DNA of 41,687 bases, from positions 1 through 41,687 of the forward strand of contig CANDFN010000001.1 in assembly GCA_947384015.1 (NCBI GenBank), in the 5' to 3' direction. The notes below the pieces were generated by a model. It ran no database searches. It had not been told where the DNA came from and saw only the letters and a program-made list of their open reading frames with translations. Position 1 is the stretch's first letter. Each line of letters opens with the position of its first letter. The translations under genes were made by a program, and so were the position numbers. Source of the stretch: an uncultured Clostridia bacterium. Lineage in GTDB: Bacteria; Bacillota; Clostridia; Christensenellales; UBA1242. Below, one piece after another: positions 40,780 through 41,687 of this stretch.

Positions 40780-41687
40780 ATGAATGAAACATATAAACAT
40801 CATTCGCTCACAAATAGTCCTGCAAGCAGTCCAGCTTGTTCGACTCATTCGTTTATGAAAACAGCAGTTATATACGCTAGATATAGCAGTGATAACCAAA
40901 CAGAACAATCTATCGAAGGACAATTAAGAGTCTGTGAAGAGTATGCACAGAAAAATAACATACTCATATTAGACACCTACATTGATAGGGCTATGACTGG
41001 CACAAATGATTTGCGGCCAGACTTTCAAAGAATGATTAAAGATTCTTCTAAGAAAGAATGACAACATATTATTGTTTATAAAATAGACAGATTTAGTAGA
41101 AACAAATATGAAACTGCCAAATACAAAAAAAATATTAAAAGACAATGGCGTTAAGTTATTGTCTGCTATGGAAAACATACCGGATACACCAGAAGGAATA
41201 ATATTAGAAAGTTTGCTTGAAGGAATGGCAGAATACTATTCAGCAGAATTAAGTCAAAAAGTAAAACGAGGAATGAATGAAACAAGACTTAAAGGAAACT
41301 TTACAGGTAGACATTTAATATATGGCTACACAAAAGAAAATCACAAACTATTGATAAATGAAGAACATGCCGAAGTTGTGAGATATATTTACAAACAATA
41401 TTCGCTCGGAACTTATGTAAAAGATATTATTGCAACTCTCACTGAAAATCATATTTACAATCACGGAAAACCATTTGCAAGAAATACAATCTATAACATA
41501 CTTAAAAACGAGAAGTATTTCGGAATTTATAGATTTAATGATGAAATTTTTGAAAATATGTATCCAGCAATCGTGCCAGCAGATATTTATTACAAAGTGC
41601 GAGATAAAATAAACTTAAACAAGTATGGTAAGAGAAGTGTTGAAGTCGTATATTTACTTAGAAATAAACTTAAATGTGGCTATTGTG
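40780..41687 (+). pseudogene. Large serine recombinase (resolvase catalytic domain plus recombinase domain plus zinc ribbon), disrupted by an in-frame TGA and a +1 frameshift; runs off the window end
   Basis: AVIYARYSSDNQ..SIEGQ (catalytic Ser motif), then TGA at 41059-41061. It continues in the same frame as QHIIVYKIDRFSRNKYETAKYKK, shifts frame at the A8 run 41125-41132, then reads LKDNGVKLLSAMENIPDTPEGIILESLLEGMAEYYSAELSQKVKRG...LKCGYC. Confidence 0.85.

Larger units (their letters stand above)
36354..41687. mobile_element. Putative defence/mobile island (RM operon, nuclease and membrane genes, palindrome array, serine recombinase); boundaries undefined
   Basis: Accessory gene content adjacent to a recombinase gene. 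No flanking direct repeats were identified, and the right boundary lies outside the window. Confidence 0.3.

Noticed and set aside
41059-41061. Host uses genetic code 4 (TGA=Trp)
   Set aside because: All other long genes read through with TGG for conserved Trp positions and have no internal TGA. TGA also serves as the apparent stop of the alarmone hydrolase (11671) and the abrB-like gene (40185). A code-4 donor for the element remains only a remote possibility.

Overview
AT-rich, Firmicutes/Clostridia-like chromosomal segment carrying most classical origin-proximal genes (dnaA, recF, rsmG, jag-yidC-yidD-rnpA-rpmH, soj/parA, spo0J/parB) in scrambled order and orientation. Housekeeping genes (lysS, gpsA, phosphoketolase, nrnA-like DHH, cwlD-like amidase, two tRNA-Arg), three ABC transporter loci and many small membrane or hypothetical proteins are interspersed. 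Positions 1-102 are not biological: poly-C followed by an Illumina adapter. The main points follow. (1) dnaA has no dnaN and no DnaA boxes next to it, while a helically phased array of five DnaA-box-like 9-mers lies about 25 kb away at 28219-28273. (2) parA and parB are separate transcription units split by a 495-bp spacer holding two parS palindromes. (3) The right end (36.3-41.7 kb) looks like a defence or mobile island. It has a translationally coupled operon of an AbrB/SpoVT-type small DNA binder, a fused PD-(D/E)xK nuclease/N6-adenine methyltransferase and a two-TRD specificity subunit (BcgI-like type IIB architecture). Downstream are a small membrane protein and a small stand-alone PD-(D/E)xK-like protein. 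Next to the operon is a dense array of palindromes and a large serine recombinase gene disrupted by an in-frame TGA and an A8 homopolymer frameshift. (4) Several other genes are decayed or interrupted at homopolymers: a P-loop pseudogene, an A7 frameshift in an ABC exporter, and a remnant region upstream of lysS. No CRISPR array, rRNA or recognisable riboswitch was seen. All calls come from reading the translations and the sequence; no database search was possible.
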